DNA from: Escherichia phage damhaus
Reading direction: 5' to 3' (one strand)
DNA length: 51,154 bases
Sequence record: NC_049827.1
Shown here: positions 36,153 to 43,967 of the stretch, one piece after another
Numbering within the stretch: position 1 is the first letter of the stretch
Layout: each line of letters starts with the position of its first letter
Program-made: the position numbers and the translations under genes
Notes under the pieces: generated by a model
The model's database searches: none
Told to the model about the DNA's origin: nothing
What the model saw: only the letters and a program-made list of their open reading frames with translations

Positions 36153-36209
36153 GCCAGGCGCAAAGCCTGGAATAATAGCCTCATCGAAACGAGATTGAGG
36201 AAAACAAAA

Positions 36210-36395
36210 ATGGCACGTCGCATCACCAAAGACCTTAAAGTTCTGAACAAAGAAAACGTAGTTAAAATCCTGGTTATCTGGGGATACAACGAAGAAACAG
36301 CAAAGCAGAAGGTAGAAGCAGGTTATGAGCTGGCTGTAAAAGCAATGCCAAACGACGACGCAAAAGGCATTGCAAACTATGTAGCTTTCTTTTAA
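36210..36395 (+). CDS. hypothetical protein
   Basis: 61 aa from the ATG after the conserved GAGGAAAACAAAA leader. Confidence 0.5.
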   Translation: MARRITKDLKVLNKENVVKILVIWGYNEETAKQKVEAGYELAVKAMPNDDAKGIANYVAFF

Positions 36396-36410
36396 TTATC
36401 AGGTGAATAA

Positions 36411-36596
36411 ATGAAAACGAAATTAGTCCATAAATCAGAAATCAAGATCGGCGATACTGTAATTCACAACGGCGAGCTTAGAACGGTTGGCAAAGAGTCA
36501 ATAATCCACGATGAATTTATGGGGATCTTGTTGTTCGGTGACTCTTATCGTCTTGGTTATAAAATGGTTGAGCTTGTGGAAGATGTAAAATTCTAA
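36411..36596 (+). CDS. hypothetical protein
   Basis: 61-aa ORF with AGGTGA RBS. Confidence 0.5.
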   Translation: MKTKLVHKSEIKIGDTVIHNGELRTVGKESIIHDEFMGILLFGDSYRLGYKMVELVEDVKF

Positions 36597-36617
36597 ATAG
36601 CACTTTTTGTTAAAAAC
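36595..36617 (+). promoter_or_regulatory. conserved intergenic box copy
   Basis: AAATAGCACTTTTTGTTAAAAAC overlapping the TAA stop; followed by CATAAT. Confidence 0.7.
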
Positions 36618-36696
36618 GCCAATCTGAAAACCTGGCATAATGCATCACATAGGGCGGCACGGCGTCGCCCAGTTAAACCAATCAGGAGAAAGTACC

Positions 36697-37017
36697 ATGT
36701 TAAAACTTGCTGACATTAAATTCCCGATCACCTTCGAATCTCGCGGCGTTGGTCATTACACATTCACAGATAAGAACACTTGCCATCAAGTCTACATGTA
36801 TAGCGACAAGCCAGAGCCATCAACAATGAAGATTGAGGACTTCATTGATAAGCACAACAAGCACTACAATTCGCTAAAAGATTATGGATACGCAATGCCA
36901 GGATACACCTGTTTGCACTATAAGCCATATAAGGGCCAGGTGTTACCAGTGCGCTCAACGGAACGCGCAGAGATTCATACGGTAGATATGAAAACCTGCG
37001 ACTACAAAAAATTGTAG
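36697..37017 (+). CDS. hypothetical protein
   Basis: Start at Met20 of track ORF with AGGAG RBS; 106 aa. Confidence 0.5.
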   Translation: MLKLADIKFPITFESRGVGHYTFTDKNTCHQVYMYSDKPEPSTMKIEDFIDKHNKHYNSLKDYGYAMPGYTCLHYKPYKGQVLPVRSTERAEIHTVDMKTCDYKKL

Positions 37018-37026
37018 TGCTTAAGC

Positions 37027-37605
37027 GTGGATAATATCAAGTATCCGATTGTTTTTCATTGTGGCGGTTCAACAATCAGGTTCACATCGCGCGACAATGG
37101 CGTTTATAGCGATGGTCAGAAATCAGAGTTGAAAGTTGATTTCTTTGTTAATGGTCACAACAAATTCAATCCGCACAATGAAACTGGCAATGTGTACTAC
37201 GTGGAAGACATTACAAAACACTTGTTTGGGGAAACACCATTCGGCGGCGGGAAGACGTCAATTCAACAAATCATTGGCGAGGAGATCCACAAGGCAGCCG
37301 TTGAAATGAAAGCGCCTGGAGGCTGTAAGATTGATAAAATCGACCTTATCACCATTCGCTCAAAGATTGGCGGAGTTGAATACGAGGGCAAAATTGAAAA
37401 AATGCCGCTCGGCGCTTCAATTATCGGCATCAAAGACGACAACGGCGATTGGCATGATGTTTCTTTCCCGATCAAGCGTATCGAAGTTCTCGACGACTTG
37501 ATTTGCCTCCTGGCGCATCATGGCAGCTATAAGAACAATCCGTTCTCCGCAGAGCTAAACATCAAGCGCGGAACGCTGGTTAAGTGGAAGGTTAAGTGTA
37601 AATAG
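37027..37605 (+). CDS. hypothetical protein
   Basis: 192-aa ORF; only possible start is GTG without a clear SD; ends inside a box copy. Confidence 0.45.
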   Translation: MDNIKYPIVFHCGGSTIRFTSRDNGVYSDGQKSELKVDFFVNGHNKFNPHNETGNVYYVEDITKHLFGETPFGGGKTSIQQIIGEEIHKAAVEMKAPGGCKIDKIDLITIRSKIGGVEYEGKIEKMPLGASIIGIKDDNGDWHDVSFPIKRIEVLDDLICLLAHHGSYKNNPFSAELNIKRGTLVKWKVKCK

Positions 37606-37621
37606 CACTAATTGTTAAAAC
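37600..37621 (+). promoter_or_regulatory. conserved intergenic box copy (variant)
   Basis: AAATAGCACTAATTGTTAAAAC overlapping the TAG stop; TATAAT about 17 nt downstream. Confidence 0.65.
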
Positions 37622-37674
37622 TCAAATGTGGGGCCAAGTATAATGGCCTCACTTTCAACGAAGGAGATAAAACG

Positions 37675-37896
37675 ATGTACATTAACAAGAAGATGAAATG
37701 CATTTCCGTTAACTATGGTTGCGCTGGAATGTTCAAGCCTGGCGAAATATATATGGCGCAAAAGTTGAAATCGTCAACCGGATCTTTTTACGTGAGCAAT
37801 AGTAAGGGGCATCGCATGTTCCTGAACGGCGGTGAAGGCACTAAGGTTATGGCACACGCTATGGTAATTGCTGAATTTGAGGAAGTGAAAGAATGA
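37675..37896 (+). CDS. hypothetical protein
   Basis: Start at Met22 of track ORF with AAGGAG RBS; 73 aa. Confidence 0.5.
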   Translation: MYINKKMKCISVNYGCAGMFKPGEIYMAQKLKSSTGSFYVSNSKGHRMFLNGGEGTKVMAHAMVIAEFEEVKE

Positions 37897-38078
37897 TTGT
37901 TTACGTTGTGCATGGTGATATTATCTACGACGGTGAATACTATGAGGGCGTTTTCAGTACGTTCGAACAGGCAGAGCATCATGCAAAGAATCTTCCTGAT
38001 TATTACGATAACGTAACAGTCAGAGAGTCAAAAATTGACGATCCAGCATACGAAGGTAACACATGGGATTTCCGATGA
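37893..38078 (+). CDS. hypothetical protein
   Basis: 61-aa ORF, ATGA overlap with upstream gene, GAGGAAG RBS. Confidence 0.5.
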   Translation: MIVYVVHGDIIYDGEYYEGVFSTFEQAEHHAKNLPDYYDNVTVRESKIDDPAYEGNTWDFR

Positions 38079-38614
38079 AAAAATACGAATTTGAACTTTG
38101 GGGAAGCAAATACCATTTTTCCACTAGCAAGCCGATTGTTATTGTTGACCTTGACGGCACGTTATCAGATGGAACGCACCGCTTGCACCTGCTGCCGACA
38201 GAAGATTTGCACCTTACAGAAAGCTGGTCTGAGTTCAACAAAGCGGCTGTTGGCGATTCGCCGATTAAGAGCACGGTTTCAGTGGTTAACGGATTGTGGA
38301 TGTCAGGATTTGCCATCGTTATCCTGACAGGGCGCAGCGATGAGGTGATGGCTGACACCTGCGACTGGTTAAATTATAACGGCATCAAGTACGACGCGTT
38401 AATCATGCGCCGAAAGGAAGATAACCGAAAAGACACGATCATCAAAGAGGAAGTCTTGCGAGCTATCGGACTGGAAAACATTGTGTGCGCTTTTGATGAT
38501 TCGCCGAACGTGGTTAAGCACTTCCGCAGCCTGGGAATCACAACCTATCAGGTCACGGAATACGAAAAGCCACATAATCACATCCAATCGCACGGCGTGG
38601 ATGAATTAAAATAG
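38075..38614 (+). CDS. HAD-superfamily phosphatase (polynucleotide 3'-phosphatase-like)
   Basis: DLDGTL (DxDxT) motif near the N-terminus; start at Met5 overlapping the upstream stop. Confidence 0.6.
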   Translation: MKKYEFELWGSKYHFSTSKPIVIVDLDGTLSDGTHRLHLLPTEDLHLTESWSEFNKAAVGDSPIKSTVSVVNGLWMSGFAIVILTGRSDEVMADTCDWLNYNGIKYDALIMRRKEDNRKDTIIKEEVLRAIGLENIVCAFDDSPNVVKHFRSLGITTYQVTEYEKPHNHIQSHGVDELK

Positions 38615-38630
38615 CACTTTTTGCAAAAAC
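38609..38630 (+). promoter_or_regulatory. conserved intergenic box copy (variant)
   Basis: AAATAGCACTTTTTGCAAAAAC overlapping the TAG stop; followed by hairpin and TATAGT. Confidence 0.65.
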
Positions 38631-38685
38631 AGATTGTCGGGCTTGCGGTATAGTAAGCCCATCGACAACGAAAAAGGAAAACATC

Positions 38686-38985
38686 ATGTTAGTTCGTAAT
38701 GCGATTTATAAATTCACCAACGAGATGGGAGTTCACCTTTACCACGTAAACCATCAAGGCCACACATCAATTGCGATGTATCGCGACGCTCGCGGGAAGT
38801 GCAAACCTTCTCTGCGTGGCAGAATTTCGCCTGCGTTCTTCATGTTCAGATGGTATGCAACAGAACAAAGCAACCATAACCATTGGAATAAAGTATTGGT
38901 TGCAGGAGGCCGAATTGTTGCCAGCCACGTAGTCGATCCGCGCAAACTAACCAGCCGCCAGCTTCGCAAAATGGCGCGCAAGTGA
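38686..38985 (+). CDS. hypothetical protein
   Basis: 99-aa ORF after the conserved AAAAAGGAAAACATC leader. Confidence 0.5.
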   Translation: MLVRNAIYKFTNEMGVHLYHVNHQGHTSIAMYRDARGKCKPSLRGRISPAFFMFRWYATEQSNHNHWNKVLVAGGRIVASHVVDPRKLTSRQLRKMARK

Positions 38986-39001
38986 TAGAGGAGAAGAACA
39001 A

Positions 39002-39187
39002 ATGATCTATGCGCTTGTATTTTTAGTGATTTTCTTTTATATTTCAGGATTATTTATCTTCCGCGCATTGGTTAAAGCGTGTGATTGCACTGATAAAGAT
39101 CAGCCTATTGTTCTGATTTTCTGGTTTGTGTGGTTTTGGGTGGCGCTTTACCAGATTGTGCGGGATGAAAGCGGCTTTAAGTGGTGA
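39002..39187 (+). CDS. small membrane protein
   Basis: 61 aa with two hydrophobic segments; AGAGGAG RBS. Confidence 0.5.
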   Translation: MIYALVFLVIFFYISGLFIFRALVKACDCTDKDQPIVLIFWFVWFWVALYQIVRDESGFKW

Positions 39188-39381
39188 TTCTTGCTATAGC
39201 GCATTCATGCAGTGCGCTATGTTGAGATAACAACATGAGATCATGAAGATGCGAAACTTCGAAAAAATCGTATCCAAAAAGAAGCGATACAGCTACCACG
39301 AGCACCAAGAGATGAATCAACGCTATCGCAATAAGCGCCAGCGCCCAGGTAAACATTCAAGCCGATATGGAGACAACTAAT

Positions 39382-39972
39382 ATGAAAAGAGACATTATCA
39401 TCCTTAACGGACCGCCAGGGGTTGGCAAGGATACGCTTGCGGCATACTTAACGGGCCATCGTTACGCAGCCGTTAAAGCGTCGTTTAAACAGCCTATGTT
39501 TGATATTGCGTTTTCCATGCTTGGCGTTTACCGATATGACGAGTTCATTGATCTGTATAACGACCGCGAGCAGAAAGAAAAGCCTCAAGCAATCTTGCAA
39601 GGCAAGTCGCCTCGCCAGTTCATGATCTGGATTAGCGAAGAAGTTATGAAGCCAGCTTTTGGCGAGCAATATTTCGGAAATCGCATGGTTGAGCAAGTAC
39701 ACGAGATGTACAGAGATTTAGCTGTTGTAATTAGTGATGGCGGATTCCCTGAAGAAATCAAACCGCTCGTTAAGGCAGGCCATGAAGTTCACATTTGCCG
39801 ACTGCATCGCGAAGGCTTCACGTTTGATGGCGATTCACGAAACTATATTGACCTGAGCGGATACCATCACCGCGTAAAACATTACGACTTCACAATGATT
39901 GATGGCGATCAAGAAAAGACTGTTGACGAGATCATCAAAACGGTCCAGTGGAAACACATTAAGATCAAATAG
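39382..39972 (+). CDS. P-loop nucleotide kinase (dNMP kinase-like)
   Basis: GPPGVGKDT Walker A near the N-terminus, a GKDT-type motif as I recall it from phage dNMP kinases; start at Met6. Confidence 0.55.
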   Translation: MKRDIIILNGPPGVGKDTLAAYLTGHRYAAVKASFKQPMFDIAFSMLGVYRYDEFIDLYNDREQKEKPQAILQGKSPRQFMIWISEEVMKPAFGEQYFGNRMVEQVHEMYRDLAVVISDGGFPEEIKPLVKAGHEVHICRLHREGFTFDGDSRNYIDLSGYHHRVKHYDFTMIDGDQEKTVDEIIKTVQWKHIKIK

Positions 39973-39988
39973 CACGAATTGCTAAAAG
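39967..39988 (+). promoter_or_regulatory. conserved intergenic box copy (variant)
   Basis: AAATAGCACGAATTGCTAAAAG overlapping the TAG stop; hairpin then TATAAT about 18 nt downstream. Confidence 0.6.
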
Positions 39989-40042
39989 CGGGGCGCAATG
40001 CCTCGCTATAATGCAAACACCAATCAACGAGAGGAAATCATC

Positions 40043-40444
40043 ATGGTAGAGTTAAACGACATTCGCGTTGGAACAAAATTTCGCGTAACCTGGGCAGATG
40101 AATATTGCGGCGTTAGCAAGGGCCAGGTTGTTACTGTGGATAGTATTTATCGCGGATGCAGCAAAGACTTTCGCCGCCCACGCATCAAGAATGGCTATAT
40201 CATTACTCGCCGTTTTGGCTTTGAGCATTATTACGTAGTGGCGACTCAAGGAGTTTTGATTGAGCTTCAGCGAATCAGCGATCATCGCGGCTGTCATGTC
40301 AAAACAACGAAGATACCATTTCAGCGAGCGAGATACGATGCGCGACGGATGCGCCGACTTGCTCGAAATGCGATCAAGTTCAAGAAGCATGGTGGTAACT
40401 TTTACCGAATGTACAAAGGGATTGCGCGAAATGCTGGAAAATAA
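40043..40444 (+). CDS. hypothetical basic protein
   Basis: Start at Met16 with GAGAGGAAA RBS; Arg/Lys-rich C-terminus. Confidence 0.5.
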   Translation: MVELNDIRVGTKFRVTWADEYCGVSKGQVVTVDSIYRGCSKDFRRPRIKNGYIITRRFGFEHYYVVATQGVLIELQRISDHRGCHVKTTKIPFQRARYDARRMRRLARNAIKFKKHGGNFYRMYKGIARNAGK

Positions 40445-40543
40445 CAACAACGCAACCAATCCAAAGCCGCCATTTGATTTTCATGAAATCATGATTGTGT
40501 TATTCTTGATTCTCTTAGTTATCTATTCAGTGAGGGCCGCACT

Positions 40544-40807
40544 ATGGTTTTTAACGCACTAAAACGAATCTTTAAACCTGAATACCGGATCGTTGCTTGC
40601 ACAGAATGCAAGATTTATTACCTGCAACGCCGCCGCGTTATCAGTGGCGATTGGGAATATCTGACGGATGACGCTTTCGGCTTTTGGGCTATGGAGTTCA
40701 ATAGCTACAGTGAAGCGCGCGAATACGCTAAAAAGTTGCACAAGTTCCGACCTTACAAAATGCGTTTGCTTGTTGTAAAAAAATGCGATGTGTGGGATCA
40801 CGTATGA
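40544..40807 (+). CDS. hypothetical protein
   Basis: 87-aa ORF with GAGGG RBS. Confidence 0.5.
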   Translation: MVFNALKRIFKPEYRIVACTECKIYYLQRRRVISGDWEYLTDDAFGFWAMEFNSYSEAREYAKKLHKFRPYKMRLLVVKKCDVWDHV

Positions 40808-40983
40808 AAAGAGTAATTATCACTTTTATTGCCCTTATCGCTGGTTGCTACTTGGCTTATGGATATGGCGGCATTGTTGAGTCAATCGGCGGATTGATTA
40901 TCTTCATGGCTGGCGGATATGCTGGCTATGGTGACGGATTCAAAGACGGTAAGCGATACATGCTGACCGGAAAAAAGAAGTAA
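40804..40983 (+). CDS. small membrane protein
   Basis: 59 aa, Gly/Tyr-rich hydrophobic; ATGA overlap with upstream gene. Confidence 0.45.
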   Translation: MKRVIITFIALIAGCYLAYGYGGIVESIGGLIIFMAGGYAGYGDGFKDGKRYMLTGKKK

Positions 40984-41025
40984 TGTTAACCGCGCCGCTT
41001 AGGTGGCGCCAAAAGGAGGAAACAA

Positions 41026-41313
41026 ATGGCTAAAAGCTATCGTAAAATGTTGATTAACGCATTCGAAAAGGCAGCGCTTGAGCGTGGTTGGAATGACTCA
41101 TTTCACACAGCAAACTGTATCCGCCGTTACGGATTCAAGAATTGCCGCTCATGGGCGCGTGAAATGGCTTCATGGTATGATCTTGATGCGCATTACCTTG
41201 ATATGGATTGCGCCCTGGTTGAAATGATTGAACAGGCAGCATTAGAGGATCGACCATTAACGCAATCTGATTTTGACGATTTTGTGCGCGATGAAATTTA
41301 TTATATGAGCTAA
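41026..41313 (+). CDS. hypothetical protein
   Basis: 95-aa ORF with AAAGGAGG RBS. Confidence 0.55.
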   Translation: MAKSYRKMLINAFEKAALERGWNDSFHTANCIRRYGFKNCRSWAREMASWYDLDAHYLDMDCALVEMIEQAALEDRPLTQSDFDDFVRDEIYYMS

Positions 41314-41332
41314 TAGCACTTTTTGTTAAAAC
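41312..41332 (+). promoter_or_regulatory. conserved intergenic box copy
   Basis: AATAGCACTTTTTGTTAAAAC directly after the TAA stop. Confidence 0.65.
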
Positions 41333-41388
41333 TTCCGCGAGGGCATTTGTTAAAGTGTCCTCATTGAAGCGAAACAGAGGAAAGCGCA

Positions 41389-41613
41389 ATGAAAATTCGA
41401 ATTACCAATATTGAATCAACTAGCCCGTTTGATACTGACGAATTAAGCCTTGAGCAGTGTGGGATCGAGGTTGGCGATGTGTTCGAAGTTACCGGACAAT
41501 ATCGCGATGGGACTTTGAGCATTCAAGCGCCACGAGATACCGATGATGGTTGCATCAAGGCTGGCGATGAATTGAGCGTTAACGAAGGTGAATATGAGGT
41601 TGTAGAAGAATGA
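41389..41613 (+). CDS. small highly acidic protein
   Basis: 74 aa, D/E-rich; first of three coupled acidic ORFs. Confidence 0.55.
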   Translation: MKIRITNIESTSPFDTDELSLEQCGIEVGDVFEVTGQYRDGTLSIQAPRDTDDGCIKAGDELSVNEGEYEVVEE

Positions 41614-41873
41614 TCACGATTAACCTGTCAGAGCAGCAAGCGCGCATTATGTTAGCGGCCTTTGGCTGGCGAGATGATGACGGCATCCAGGCAACTGTTA
41701 AAATTCCTGAGCCAGTGGCGCGTGAAGTTTTCAGCCAGCTAGAACACGCATTTGATCCTGCTGGGACTGAGCAAGCGGAAACTGCCGCATGGTTCGGTGA
41801 GAACGGATACCGCGATCAGCAGATTGAAGAATGGAAGCGCAAAAACGAGACTGCGGAGGATGCAGGATTATGA
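41610..41873 (+). CDS. small acidic protein
   Basis: 87 aa; ATGA overlap with upstream gene. Confidence 0.55.
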   Translation: MITINLSEQQARIMLAAFGWRDDDGIQATVKIPEPVAREVFSQLEHAFDPAGTEQAETAAWFGENGYRDQQIEEWKRKNETAEDAGL

Positions 41874-42184
41874 TTTACATTCACTACTACCAGATCGGGA
41901 CAAACGAAAACAAGCAGGAGCGCAGAGCAATTTGTGACACGCTCGACGATGCGAAAGCACAGCAACGCGTTTTGGGTGGTGTAATTCAGGCTTTTGAGCC
42001 AGTGGAAGATATAGAGCACCGAGAGCATTTGAAAGAGATTGTTGTTGATGAAATTTCATCACTAATCGACGACATGACAAATCACGGGCCTGGTTCTCCG
42101 TGGGAAGAAGCCGGATCGACGGAGTGGGATTGCGCTAAAGTTGCAACGCTTAACAACTTTCGTGAGTTGCTCGACGATTTTTAA
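41870..42184 (+). CDS. small acidic protein
   Basis: Start at Met14 overlapping the upstream stop; 104 aa, D/E-rich. Confidence 0.5.
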   Translation: MIYIHYYQIGTNENKQERRAICDTLDDAKAQQRVLGGVIQAFEPVEDIEHREHLKEIVVDEISSLIDDMTNHGPGSPWEEAGSTEWDCAKVATLNNFRELLDDF

Positions 42185-42193
42185 TTAAAAATG

Positions 42194-42240
42194 AATGCCT
42201 CATACAGCGAACAGGACGCATTTTGACGAGGCATTTTTTA
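42194..42240 (+). terminator. rho-independent terminator
   Basis: AATGCCTC ... GAGGCATT stem with long loop followed by TTTTTT. Confidence 0.55.
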
Positions 42241-42254
42241 GGTAAGGTGATTCA

Positions 42255-42383
42255 ATGGATAACTACATAAAACCGTCGCAGTGGTGCGCACAGAAGCAAG
42301 AGGAAGCATTAGAACGCGGCGACACTGAAACGGCAATGCACTATTTCGAAATGTACAACTTGTGGAAGGGTAGAGGTCTGTAA
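42255..42383 (+). CDS. putative 42-aa protein
   Basis: Below track cutoff; AAGGTGA RBS; stop overlaps downstream start (TAATG). Confidence 0.4.
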   Translation: MDNYIKPSQWCAQKQEEALERGDTETAMHYFEMYNLWKGRGL

Positions 42384-42613
42384 TGTTTGGAATGAACGAG
42401 GCACAATTCAACGCTGCAAAGCGCCAGGCTAAGAAGTGCGGCGAGGCAATGAAAGCGGATGTTGAAAAGCGCGGAAAGTATGTTGATGAAGTTATGAAGG
42501 GCATTATTGCCGAACATTATCAGCCAGTTGCGCCAATGCTGACAATTACCCAATTCATCTGGTTGTGTGGTTATCTTCGTGGTAGATGGGGAAACGCATT
42601 TGACCGCGAATGA
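42383..42613 (+). CDS. hypothetical protein
   Basis: 76-aa ORF coupled to the upstream small ORF. Confidence 0.5.
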   Translation: MFGMNEAQFNAAKRQAKKCGEAMKADVEKRGKYVDEVMKGIIAEHYQPVAPMLTITQFIWLCGYLRGRWGNAFDRE

Positions 42614-42759
42614 TTGACAACGCTTTCCTGATTGGTTAGCATCTTTGGTGTTTACATAAGAGCGGCGTTAGTGCCGAACGGGTGGCGCGGTTGCCACGCA
42701 GCAACGGCGATATGCAGGTTTTTACCGTAAGACGTATCGCCTTTTTTATAGGTGAATAT

Positions 42760-42993
42760 ATGGAAAAGTACAAATTAACTTTCATGTTTAATAGTATGGT
42801 GATGAATCCATTAAATGGTTACGCTTGCAATAGCTTTTCTGTTACCGTGGATGAGGATGGAATTGATGATGATGGTAAATTTATTCAAATAGGTGATTAC
42901 CTTTATCCTATTCACAATATCAATTGCATCAAACGCGAGATTGTTAAAGATGAAGTACAAAGTAAAGCTGACGATCAGGCGAATGGGGCGTAA
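42760..42993 (+). CDS. hypothetical protein
   Basis: Start at Met27 of track ORF with AGGTGA RBS; 77 aa. Confidence 0.5.
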   Translation: MEKYKLTFMFNSMVMNPLNGYACNSFSVTVDEDGIDDDGKFIQIGDYLYPIHNINCIKREIVKDEVQSKADDQANGA

Positions 42994-43131
42994 TTGCTCG
43001 TCATGTAGGCAGGATTTTGAATGCGAGATTTCAGCGCAAAATCCTGTTGACGCGATTCAATGTGCTAAAGTTATATCAGGTGCAGATCCAGAGACGCATC
43101 AATTTTCAATCAATTTTGTAAGGGAAGTATC

Positions 43132-43365
43132 ATGTTGAACTTAATTTCTGCTTTTGTTATTGGTTTTGTTTTTGCTGTAATTATTCTGTTTGTCGCATCG
43201 GAAAAGATTTGCAAATTTCTTGCTAAGAACGGGAAGTTTGCAAGCGTGACATGGAATAACAAGATGCATCGATGGGATGTTCGCGGTCACTATCTGACGA
43301 TTGGTAGCAAAATCCATCAGCACCTGAAGAATCAAGAAGATGAAAAAGTAAAATACAAGTATTGA
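43132..43365 (+). CDS. small membrane protein
   Basis: 77 aa with N-terminal transmembrane helix; AGGGAAG RBS. Confidence 0.55.
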   Translation: MLNLISAFVIGFVFAVIILFVASEKICKFLAKNGKFASVTWNNKMHRWDVRGHYLTIGSKIHQHLKNQEDEKVKYKY

Positions 43366-43371
43366 CCAACT

Positions 43372-43396
43372 ACCCGCCAAATGGCGGGTTTTTTAT
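43372..43396 (+). terminator. rho-independent terminator
   Basis: CCCGCC-AAAT-GGCGGG hairpin followed by TTTTTTATT. Confidence 0.7.
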
Positions 43397-43445
43397 TGTT
43401 TGCAATTTGTCTATAATGAGGCTTTGTTATAAAGGAGGGCGCATT

Positions 43446-43967
43446 ATGGCTAAAAACGTTGAGCCAGCAGTAAAGGCTTGCAATTTTAAAAAACTATATA
43501 ATAAGCAATATGGCGATATTGCAAAAATGACAAAGGCGCACAAGTACACGCCGGAACAGGTGTTTGATCTGGCTGTACGTTACTTTACGTGGGCCGAGGA
43601 AAACCATATACAGGCTGCGGAAACTGCATCCTTTCAGGGTGATGTATACGAAAGCAAGGTTCACAAGCCGCGCGTGTTCACCTTAAATGGATTCCGCTTA
43701 TTCGCTGGCCTTTCTGCTTCCGTGCTTGAAAAATGGCGACGCGAGCCAGGATTCAGCGATGTTATGGACTTTATCGACGGCGTTGTTTACGAGCAAAAAT
43801 TCCAGCTTGCTGCAAACAATATTGTTAACGCCGGATTCATTGGTAAAGAGATCGGCATTGAAAAGCCAGCCACCGTTACCATTGAGAATAACACAAGCGC
43901 CAGCGTTGACGCTGTAACGGCGGAGGAAGTCAAAGAGGCGGTAATTGACATTCTGGAGAAGATATAA
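43446..43967 (+). CDS. terS: terminase small subunit
   Basis: 173 aa from Met29 of track ORF (AAAGGAGGG RBS), immediately upstream of and overlapping the large terminase gene. Confidence 0.6.
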   Translation: MAKNVEPAVKACNFKKLYNKQYGDIAKMTKAHKYTPEQVFDLAVRYFTWAEENHIQAAETASFQGDVYESKVHKPRVFTLNGFRLFAGLSASVLEKWRREPGFSDVMDFIDGVVYEQKFQLAANNIVNAGFIGKEIGIEKPATVTIENNTSASVDAVTAEEVKEAVIDILEKI

